Positions 36,392 to 44,604 of a stretch of DNA of 64,000 bases are shown here, piece after piece. The position numbers were made by a program, and so were the translations under genes. Under the pieces are notes generated by a model. The model ran no database searches, was not told the DNA's origin, and saw only the letters and a program-made list of their open reading frames with translations. This stretch comes from an uncultured Bacteroidales bacterium (GTDB lineage: Bacteria > Bacteroidota > Bacteroidia > Bacteroidales > VadinHA17): contig CAWBLL010000009.1 of NCBI GenBank assembly GCA_963789465.1, positions 406,087 to 470,086 on the forward strand, in the 5' to 3' direction. How positions within the stretch are numbered: the first letter of the stretch is position 1; every line of letters begins with the position of its first letter.

Positions 36392-39250
36392 TTATTTCTT
36401 CTCCTCCCTTTTCTTTTTTCTTCCAAAGGTTATGTAAAGGAAAATTGCCGAGACTCCGATGACTATCCATAATAGCCAAAGCTTGCCACCCCTGGCTGTG
36501 CCCGCAGGTGTTTTGATCATTTCAGCCGGGATGTTCTTTGCAACTATCATATTTGCAATAGATTTAAAGACAGATTCTTCAGGGAACCTGACCTTGTCTT
36601 TGGAAGTTATAAGGAACAAAATCAGATCATAAGGGGATTTGATCTTTTCCTTTTTAAGATCAACCGATTTCAGGGCTGAGGCAAAAGGTTCTTCTGAAAT
36701 ATTCGCCAGGTCATTAAGAAAGTCCTTTGTTTTTGTGTTGGGCAGAGATCCTATCGCTGAAAACATTTGAGAGAGCATTTCAGGTGTCATACCACGGTTT
36801 ATCGATTCATCATAGAAAGAGTTAAGCCATTTTCCCCTGAACTTGATATTTGCCTGGTCATTCGTAGTCACGGACTGCCGCAGCAGTTCTCCATTTTCAG
36901 ATGTCTCGCTGTATGTTAATATCTTATCCTTGATTACGGTAATTGCGGGATCGACTTCTGTAAGGATTAAACCGGCAAGGTCGTCCAGATCTTTCGCTGT
37001 GATCCGCCCATTGCTCTTATCAGTGACATATCTTTGCAGATCCGCCCATGATTTGAGATTATCCTTGTATATATCGGCTCCGGAAAGAATATTTTTGAGT
37101 TCCCCTTCGGAATAATTGGCAAGAATGTCTGTCGCTGATTGTGACAGGACATTATCCGTAAACGCCACCCGGAGGGCGAGTTTGTCAATATCTTCGGTCC
37201 TTATGTTCTTTTCAGGGGCTTTGGTTTTCAGGAATGACAACATTTCATCACTTTTTGTAAATACCTGTTTCCCGACGCCGGATTCTGATATAAGATCTGA
37301 AATATTTTTATCGGCATGCTTCTTCAGCAGGGCAAGGTATGCTTCTGTCTGTCTCCTGGAAATAATACTGCCGTATTCCGGTCGACTTACTGTTTCCGTC
37401 GCCTGACCTTTTTCTCTTTTTATAAATACGTCTGCCATTGCAGTATTGCTGAACCTGTCAGTGAGTTTGAAAACGACCCTGTTATTTCCGGGTCTGGGTG
37501 CTATCTTGTAATTAAAGGCGGGAGATGTCATCATATACTTTTTTGAGGATATCACCTTATCACCGGCCCAGATTTCCACGTTAAGTGCTGACAGAGGTTC
37601 CACTTTAAGGGGTATTATTATGGTATCGCCTTTTGTGACTGTGATATTCCTCTCTCCCTCAACGGAGAGATCTGCCGTATGGTCGTTTCTGGAGAGGATA
37701 ATTCCTGGAATTTCAACGTTATCGGAAGGATGGGAAAGAGGCAGATTCAGGTCACGTGTAACTTTTTCACCTCCATAGCCTTCATAATCCAGTTTGTAAT
37801 CACCCTGGGGTACATTGAACTGGTATTCTGTTGTCTCAGGATTCGTATAGACGATCATTGATTGTCCGGGGCTCGTGTTATTTTTCACATCTATTCTGAC
37901 ACTGTCCTTGTAGATGCCCATTAGATCATCAACACTGGCAGTTCCGCTGATTATGAATTTTCTGGGATGCTCATCCGAAAAGATCTCAACACGGTAGATA
38001 TCAAGCTTTCCATATCCCTCAGGTGTATTCATGGCATAGTAACCCTGGTATTTTCCAATGGAAGGTTTAAAGAAAACATCATCATCAGTTGTATTCAACG
38101 GATATCCTTCATTTACGGGCTCAGACCACTCTCCGTCAGCTTTCAGTGTGGAAGAGAATATATCATAGCCACCCATGTTGAAATGTCCTCTGGAACTGAA
38201 AAAAAGTGTTTTATCATCTTTGCTGAGGAATGGTGTTTCCTCGTTGTAGGCCGTATTGACAACTGCCCCGAGGTTAGAGGGTTCTCCCCAGTCACCTGTG
38301 CTGTCTCTTTCGGAGACATATATGTCAAGACCGCCGAAAGTTCCTTTTCTGTTGCTTGTAAAGTAGAGTTTTTTATTATCATGAGATATCGTAGCATGCG
38401 ATTCCCAGTATTTAGTGTTGATATTGTCATTCAGTTTGACAAGGGGGGACCATGTATCGTTTTCAAATGTCGATGAATATATTATACCATCATAATCTGC
38501 AGAACTGTAGAGATACAGCGTTTTTCCGTCAGAGGAGAGCGACGTGGGATAAATATCCCTGTCCACTTTCAGGATTTCATTCATGTTTTGTGGAACAGAC
38601 CACTGCCCGTCACTTTTCACTGAATAAAGCAGCGCCTCATAAAATGGTTCGGTTTTTGAAAAGACTATCATTTTCTCATCATCGGATACCACCGGATTAA
38701 ATTCTGACGTGCTCTCATTTATAATACTGCCCAGGTTATGTTTTATAATGAATATTGGTCTGGACATAAGTTCCTTGGCGTTCCGGCAGGACTGTACCTG
38801 AAGGTCAACAACCGTTGTATCATATATTTCAGGGTTGAGATTTTTCTTGAAGAGGCTGTAAGTCTCAATTGCTTTATCGAGCTGATTGTTTATTCTGTAT
38901 GCATTTGCAAGGTAATAGAGAGCATCATATGGGGCTCCTGATTCCTTGAATTTACCCTCTTTGTATTTTGGGTCAATATTTTTGACTGCATCTTCAAGAT
39001 AGCGAATGGCTATTTCCTTCTCCCCCGGGGTATTAAGGTAGCATTGGCCGATCCTGTATTTGAAATTAGCATTATCGGGAAATCGTTGAAGCAGTTGAAT
39101 ATATAAAGGCAAGGCATCCTGATAAGCTTCGAAAAGGATCCAGCTCTCAGCGTCGTAAAAATTGTTCTTGATTTCTGCCTTCGACTGGGAAAACAGATTA
39201 TTACTGGTTAGTGTAACCAGAAGAGACAACAATAGAACTATCCTTTTCAT
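36392..39250 (-). CDS. Secreted TPR + PD40 beta-propeller protein with two Ig-like modules, a ~300-aa helical repeat region and a C-terminal TM anchor (paralogue 1)
   Basis: Signal peptide. YRIGQCYLNTPGEKEIAIRYLEDAV. PD40 repeats. C-terminal LWLLWIVIGVSAIFLYITFGRKKKREEKK (TM helix plus basic tail). Confidence 0.75.
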   Translation of the reverse strand: MKRIVLLLSLLVTLTSNNLFSQSKAEIKNNFYDAESWILFEAYQDALPLYIQLLQRFPDNANFKYRIGQCYLNTPGEKEIAIRYLEDAVKNIDPKYKEGKFKESGAPYDALYYLANAYRINNQLDKAIETYSLFKKNLNPEIYDTTVVDLQVQSCRNAKELMSRPIFIIKHNLGSIINESTSEFNPVVSDDEKMIVFSKTEPFYEALLYSVKSDGQWSVPQNMNEILKVDRDIYPTSLSSDGKTLYLYSSADYDGIIYSSTFENDTWSPLVKLNDNINTKYWESHATISHDNKKLYFTSNRKGTFGGLDIYVSERDSTGDWGEPSNLGAVVNTAYNEETPFLSKDDKTLFFSSRGHFNMGGYDIFSSTLKADGEWSEPVNEGYPLNTTDDDVFFKPSIGKYQGYYAMNTPEGYGKLDIYRVEIFSDEHPRKFIISGTASVDDLMGIYKDSVRIDVKNNTSPGQSMIVYTNPETTEYQFNVPQGDYKLDYEGYGGEKVTRDLNLPLSHPSDNVEIPGIILSRNDHTADLSVEGERNITVTKGDTIIIPLKVEPLSALNVEIWAGDKVISSKKYMMTSPAFNYKIAPRPGNNRVVFKLTDRFSNTAMADVFIKREKGQATETVSRPEYGSIISRRQTEAYLALLKKHADKNISDLISESGVGKQVFTKSDEMLSFLKTKAPEKNIRTEDIDKLALRVAFTDNVLSQSATDILANYSEGELKNILSGADIYKDNLKSWADLQRYVTDKSNGRITAKDLDDLAGLILTEVDPAITVIKDKILTYSETSENGELLRQSVTTNDQANIKFRGKWLNSFYDESINRGMTPEMLSQMFSAIGSLPNTKTKDFLNDLANISEEPFASALKSVDLKKEKIKSPYDLILFLITSKDKVRFPEESVFKSIANMIVAKNIPAEMIKTPAGTARGGKLWLLWIVIGVSAIFLYITFGRKKKREEKK

Positions 39251-39495
39251 TATATTTTAATTAATCTGGTTGGAATTCCGGCACATAAAATAATCTGTGT
39301 GATTTTAAGCCTTAAATTATAAAAATAAGAGTGAAAGAGGTTAATATCTTAGTTTTCACCTCGAAGGTACTAATATAGTAAGAAAATTCAAAAATACAGG
39401 TTATGAGTTCAATCCTTTTTTCTGATTATTCCGATATTTTTACAAAATAATTTAGTTTAAGGAAAGTTTATCAGGCGTAAAACGCGCTATGCGGG

Positions 39496-40827
39496 TCAAT
39501 GTAGTTCCGGAGAGTAGTTTTCGAGGATATCCTTGACCTTATGAAGGAATTTTCCGGCGAGTGCTCCGTCGATGACCCTGTGGTCATAACTGAGCGAGAG
39601 AATCATTATGTGTCTGATGGCTATCATGTCGCCATCGGGAGTCTCAATGACGGCAGGGGTTTTTCTGACTACCCCGGTTCCGAGGATGGCTGCCTGCGGT
39701 TGGTTGATAATGGGAGTCCCTGCCAGATTGTCATAACTGCCGAAGTTTGTGATTGTAAAGGTGCCTCCGGTAATTTCATCAGGCTTTAGCTTATTGTTCC
39801 TTGCCCTTGAAGCAAGGTCGTTGACAGCTTTTGCAAGCCCTGTAAGGTTCTTCTCATCGGCGTTTTTTATAACGGGTACAATGAGGTTTCCATCCGGGAG
39901 GGCTGTTGCCATCCCTATGTTGATATTCTTTTTCCTGATAATATTATCTCCGTCAACAGAAATATTTACCATTGGCAACTCATGAAGAGCTCTTGCAACA
40001 GCATCGACGAAGATAGGAGTAAGGGTCAGCTTCTGACCTTCGGCGGCAAGAAATTTCTCCTTGTAGGAATTCCTCCAGTTTATCAGCCGGGTAACATCCG
40101 CGTCGATAAATGACGTTACATGGGCAGATGTCCTCTTTGACATTACCATATGTTCAGCAATCAGCTTCCTGATCCGGCCCATTGGTATTATCTCATCACC
40201 GGCCGCTTTCTTATCAGTGATCAATTCACCTGTGGATTCCCCTGCAGCAGGACCTTTTGCTTCCTTTGCCACTCTTGCTGCTTCAGCTTCTTCGACTTCT
40301 TTTTCTGCTTTTCTGCGGCTTCCCAATAATTTGTTTATATCGTCCTTAGTGATCCTGCCATCCATACCGGTGCCGGTTACCATGTCCAGTTCGGAATAGC
40401 TTATTCCCTCCTTTGCAGCGATGCTTCTGACCAGCGGGGAAATGAATTTTCCGGATGGTGTACGGCTTTTCATATTTCGCGAATATTCGAGCACCTCCTT
40501 CTTTTCAGCCTTTACCGAATCTATGGTCTCTCTGATCCGCTGAACTTCCTTTAAAACTTTTGCAGAATCTTCCGGAGTCTGCGTAATTTCATTCTCAATA
40601 ACGGCAATTATTTCACCGATCCTGGCAACAGTCCCCTCTTTGACAAGGATTGACACTACTGTTCCCTCCATCGGTGCAGGTATTTCAGAATCAACTTTGT
40701 CAGTCGCTACTTCTACAATAGGATCATCTTCCTTGACCAGGGTGCCTTCAGTTACAAGCCATTTATTTATGGTGGCTTCTATTACACCTTCTCCCATCGC
40801 CGGTAATACAATATTCATCCTGGCCAT
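39496..40827 (-). CDS. 2-oxoacid dehydrogenase E2 component (dihydrolipoamide acyltransferase)
   Basis: Lipoyl domain with VATDKVDSEIPAP. E3-binding domain (SPLVRSIAAKEGI). Catalytic LSLSYDHRVIDGA. Confidence 0.88.
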   Translation of the reverse strand: MARMNIVLPAMGEGVIEATINKWLVTEGTLVKEDDPIVEVATDKVDSEIPAPMEGTVVSILVKEGTVARIGEIIAVIENEITQTPEDSAKVLKEVQRIRETIDSVKAEKKEVLEYSRNMKSRTPSGKFISPLVRSIAAKEGISYSELDMVTGTGMDGRITKDDINKLLGSRRKAEKEVEEAEAARVAKEAKGPAAGESTGELITDKKAAGDEIIPMGRIRKLIAEHMVMSKRTSAHVTSFIDADVTRLINWRNSYKEKFLAAEGQKLTLTPIFVDAVARALHELPMVNISVDGDNIIRKKNINIGMATALPDGNLIVPVIKNADEKNLTGLAKAVNDLASRARNNKLKPDEITGGTFTITNFGSYDNLAGTPIINQPQAAILGTGVVRKTPAVIETPDGDMIAIRHIMILSLSYDHRVIDGALAGKFLHKVKDILENYSPELH

Positions 40828-41017
40828 AATTTCTTATATATTTTCAGGTAAAAAGCAAGTAGTGATAATATAACTCTTCAGATTTATAAATTGTTTCTTA
40901 TAAATCCTCATTAGCAAATTAGTATAAAATCATGAGATTAACAATCATAAAGGACAATTGTTTTATAAATTGGTGCTCCGTTGGCCGGTATTGCGTTTAA
41001 GCAATATCGGCTGGCAA

Positions 41018-41635
41018 TTATTGCTGATTGTAGGGATTCCTGTTGTTTATAGCCCGTCCAAGGGTTATTTCATCAGTGTACTCAAGTTCATCACCCACTG
41101 CCACACCCCTGGCGAGTGTAGTAAGATTCAGCTCATACTTGCTGAGTCTTTTATACAGGTAGAAGTTTGTAGTATCACCCTCCATTGTGGTGCTGAGAGC
41201 AAATATTACCTCCCTGATCCCTCCATTTTTTACCTTTTCTTCAAGACTGTCTATCCTGAGATCAGACGGACCAATACCGTCAATGGGGGAAATGATTCCT
41301 CCCAAGACATGGTAGAGTCCATTATACTGTCTGGTATTCTCAATGGCCATCACGTCCTGGATATTTTCCACAACACAAATAACCGCCTGGTCCCTCTTGT
41401 CATCACTACATATGCTGCAAATTTCAGTATCGGATATATTGTGACAGATCTTGCAATAGTGTATTTCCGAATGCAGTTTGATTATACTCTCCCCAAACCG
41501 CTTCACTTCTTCTGAATCCCTTCGCAGAAGATTCATCACGAGTCTGAAGGCAGTCTTCCTTCCTATGCCGGGAAGGGATGCAAATTCATTTACTGCATCT
41601 TCCAGTAGTCTTGATGGAAATCCGGTAAAACTCAT
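41018..41635 (-). CDS. recR: Recombination protein RecR
   Basis: HhH N-terminus ([12 protein letters not shown]). Zn finger [18 protein letters not shown]. Toprim [15 protein letters not shown]. Confidence 0.93.
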   Translation of the reverse strand: MSFTGFPSRLLEDAVNEFASLPGIGRKTAFRLVMNLLRRDSEEVKRFGESIIKLHSEIHYCKICHNISDTEICSICSDDKRDQAVICVVENIQDVMAIENTRQYNGLYHVLGGIISPIDGIGPSDLRIDSLEEKVKNGGIREVIFALSTTMEGDTTNFYLYKRLSKYELNLTTLARGVAVGDELEYTDEITLGRAINNRNPYNQQ

Positions 41636-41746
41636 TATCTGTTATTTTTTTACAAAATTAACCCAATTTTCCGGTGTTAATAATAGAGGTCAGAATTTTC
41701 TCTCTTCCGGAGTTTTTGTTATTCTTGTAAATTAATATAGTATTTT

Positions 41747-43201
41747 ATGTCTCCTTCGCTCATCCTTGGAATATTCCTGATCTATACAGTGATATTGTTC
41801 ACGGTCACCTGGATCACTGCCCGAAAGGCAGATAACCAGTCATTTTTTCTCGGGAATAAGGCCTCCCCGTGGTTTGTGGTGGCTTATGGAATGATCGGAG
41901 CATCACTTTCGGGAGTTACATTTATGTCTCTTACCGGCTGGGTAAAAGATACTCAGTTCAGTTACATGGTAGTGGTGCTGGGTTATCTGTTCGGTTACTT
42001 TGTAATAGCGACCGTATTGCTTCCCCTTTATTACAGACTGAAACTGACATCCATCTACTCCTATCTGGACCAGAGGTTCGGATTCTGGTCCTACAAAACG
42101 GGAGCCGGTTTTTTCATTATTTCAAGAACACTGGGGGCATCCCTGCGTATGTATCTGGTTATAAGCGTTCTTCAGATATTTGTATTTGACGCATGGCATG
42201 TGCCATTCTGGGTCAATGTATTTGTATTTATTCTGCTTATAATTCTTTATACACTGAAGGGGGGAATAAGAACGATCATCTGGACTGATACTCTCCAGAC
42301 TACTTTTATGCTGCTCGCGGTGATTTTATCTGTTATTTACATCAGCAGGGATCTCCATGTTTCTATTCCGCGACTGGTTTTGGAAGTCCGGAACAGCCCT
42401 GTATCAAAAATGTTCGTTACAGACTGGCATCATGAGAGGTTCTTTCTAAAACAGTTCTTCAGCGGGATGTTCATAACTATAGTAATGACAGGTCTTGATC
42501 AGGAAATGATGCAGAAAAACCTGAGCTGCCGCAATATAAAAGAGGCTCAGAAGAATATGTTCACTTTCAGCGGAATACTGGTATTTGTCAACCTGCTGTT
42601 CCTTTTTCTCGGAGCCCTGCTGCTGATCTTTGTACATTCAAAGGGAGTAGAGGTTAAGAGCAGCGACGATATATTTCCAACCGTGGCACTCAGATACCTT
42701 GGTCCTGTTGCGGGAGTTGTATTTCTTATAGGGCTTATTTCGGCCGCCTTTCCAAGTGCAGACGGTGCACTTACATCACTTACAACATCGGTGAGCATTG
42801 ATTTTCTGGGTCTTGAACAGAGGGAAGGCATTTCTGAGCGGTTCAAGACACGAGTAAGATATATCGTACACATTTCCATAGCTCTTGTGTTTTTTATAAG
42901 TGTGATTATATTCAGTAAGTTAAGCGACAGGGCAGTAATTGATAAACTTTTCACAATTGCAGGCTATACCTATGGTCCGCTTCTCGGGTTGTATACGTTC
43001 GGCCTGTTCACCAAAAGAAGGGTCAGAGACAGGCTTACACCGGCTATTGCAATTATCTCTCCCCTGATATGTTTTTTTCTCAGCAAATATTCCGAGATCC
43101 TGTTCAACGGGTATAAGTTCGGTTTTGAATTGCTCCTTCTGAATGGATTGCTCACCTTCGCAGGATTGCTGATATTCAGCAGCAGGGAGGTGGAAAGTTA
43201 A
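41747..43201 (+). CDS. Sodium:solute symporter (SSF) family transporter
   Basis: About 13 TM segments. Typical SSS blocks (GGIRTIIWTDTLQT, FFSGMFITIVMTGLDQEMMQK). Confidence 0.8.
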   Translation: MSPSLILGIFLIYTVILFTVTWITARKADNQSFFLGNKASPWFVVAYGMIGASLSGVTFMSLTGWVKDTQFSYMVVVLGYLFGYFVIATVLLPLYYRLKLTSIYSYLDQRFGFWSYKTGAGFFIISRTLGASLRMYLVISVLQIFVFDAWHVPFWVNVFVFILLIILYTLKGGIRTIIWTDTLQTTFMLLAVILSVIYISRDLHVSIPRLVLEVRNSPVSKMFVTDWHHERFFLKQFFSGMFITIVMTGLDQEMMQKNLSCRNIKEAQKNMFTFSGILVFVNLLFLFLGALLLIFVHSKGVEVKSSDDIFPTVALRYLGPVAGVVFLIGLISAAFPSADGALTSLTTSVSIDFLGLEQREGISERFKTRVRYIVHISIALVFFISVIIFSKLSDRAVIDKLFTIAGYTYGPLLGLYTFGLFTKRRVRDRLTPAIAIISPLICFFLSKYSEILFNGYKFGFELLLLNGLLTFAGLLIFSSREVES

Positions 43202-43273
43202 AAATGCGTCAGGTTCAGTGATTTGCAGATAAACGGATACTCATTAAATGAAGTCTTCCTGCGGTTATCATTC

Positions 43274-44065
43274 TCACCGGTAGTTGTTGCGGGGCTGCTG
43301 TTGGCTGGATCCTGGAGAAGCCGTACCTGGTGACCGGTTCTGGCCCGGATTGTCTTCATAATCCTCCTCTTCTTCCGGCTCAACTTTTTTTGTTATCACC
43401 CTGATCTTCTTGTATGGAATATTCCAGACAATGAAATAGCTAAAACCAGTAGTGAACCTCTTTTCTGCATTTCCGAAACCTGGAAAATAAATGGGTTTCA
43501 GATCCTCATTGGAACCACTATACAATAGCATCCTGAGACTGACGGACCACCCCATGCTGAAATTCCTGAAGACCTCCGCCCTCATCCCGGGCGCCACTTC
43601 CAAAAAATGGCCCCAGCTTTTGGAAGCAGGTATGGAAGAGGAAAATTCACCCCAGTAATTCGACTGACTTAATTCAGGAACTTCCCATTGGTAATGGCTT
43701 ATACCATACCTCAAACTAATTCCTGCCCAATACTTGCCAATCGACTTTTTAGGTTTCAGCATGTTAAAATCTACTCCTGCACGGATAAAAAAACCTTTAT
43801 TAAGATAAGCGTAATTATACTGGGAAAAATCGTAGTTGAGATAACCCGCATTGAGCGCAACTCCCAGCTTTTCATTGAGGTCCATCGATACATAGGCTTC
43901 AGTACTGAGGGTCTGTTTGTTTATAAAGTAATCGCCCGGTCCCAATGCCTCAATACCGGCATTTATTTTCAGGGGGATATAGAGGGTATCCTGCCCTTTT
44001 GCAAGTGTCAGACTGCTGAGGATAATAACCTGTATACTAATAATATATGCGGATATTCTCCTCAT
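43274..44065 (-). CDS. Putative outer-membrane beta-barrel protein with an acidic/Pro-Gln-rich C-terminal tail
   Basis: Signal peptide. Alternating hydrophobic beta-strand pattern. Tail KKVEPEEEEDYEDNPGQNRSPGTASPGSSQQQPRNNYR. Confidence 0.5.
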   Translation of the reverse strand: MRRISAYIISIQVIILSSLTLAKGQDTLYIPLKINAGIEALGPGDYFINKQTLSTEAYVSMDLNEKLGVALNAGYLNYDFSQYNYAYLNKGFFIRAGVDFNMLKPKKSIGKYWAGISLRYGISHYQWEVPELSQSNYWGEFSSSIPASKSWGHFLEVAPGMRAEVFRNFSMGWSVSLRMLLYSGSNEDLKPIYFPGFGNAEKRFTTGFSYFIVWNIPYKKIRVITKKVEPEEEEDYEDNPGQNRSPGTASPGSSQQQPRNNYR

Positions 44066-44501
44066 AAAGAGTTGTTATGTTTTTTTTAGTAAAAGTTATT
44101 GAATCAATAATGTTGAATGAGTGAAAAACTGTATCGAGGTTGTAATAATAGGTATATCCGCATTCCTTCGATATGAAGTGGGTATAACTGCTGTAACGGA
44201 ATTCAATAGTGTCGACAAGATCATTTATGCCAATAACAAAAGTGCGGGTTTGGTCTGCTGCATATAACGGGAATTCAGCACTCTTCAGATCTTTGGTAGC
44301 ATCATAAATTTTCAGTGTGTCCATATTCAGTCCAAAGAGTGTCACACTGTCCGGAGCCTGGGCGATGTTCCCCAGGTAAAATGTAGCTTTGACCCTTGAT
44401 TCTGTTTCTTCGATGCACGATCCGGGTGCACATGAGGTAATGTAGCAGCCTGATATAGCCATCATGAAGAAGAGTATTCCGTAATAAAAATGTCTCATCA
44501 A
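44037..44501 (-). CDS. Small lipoprotein of unknown function, co-transcribed with the downstream beta-barrel gene
   Basis: Signal peptide plus lipobox AISGCY. Overlaps the downstream gene by 29 nt. Confidence 0.5.
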   Translation of the reverse strand: MMRHFYYGILFFMMAISGCYITSCAPGSCIEETESRVKATFYLGNIAQAPDSVTLFGLNMDTLKIYDATKDLKSAEFPLYAADQTRTFVIGINDLVDTIEFRYSSYTHFISKECGYTYYYNLDTVFHSFNIIDSITFTKKNITTLYEENIRIYY

Positions 44502-44604
44502 TCTTTGGAAAGCGTCAAAATTACAAAAATTAAGCCGTCATCAGCAATAAACCGGAGCAAACTGAAAAGAATTGGTCTGCTGAAAAGCAGCTGCCACACA
44601 ATAT

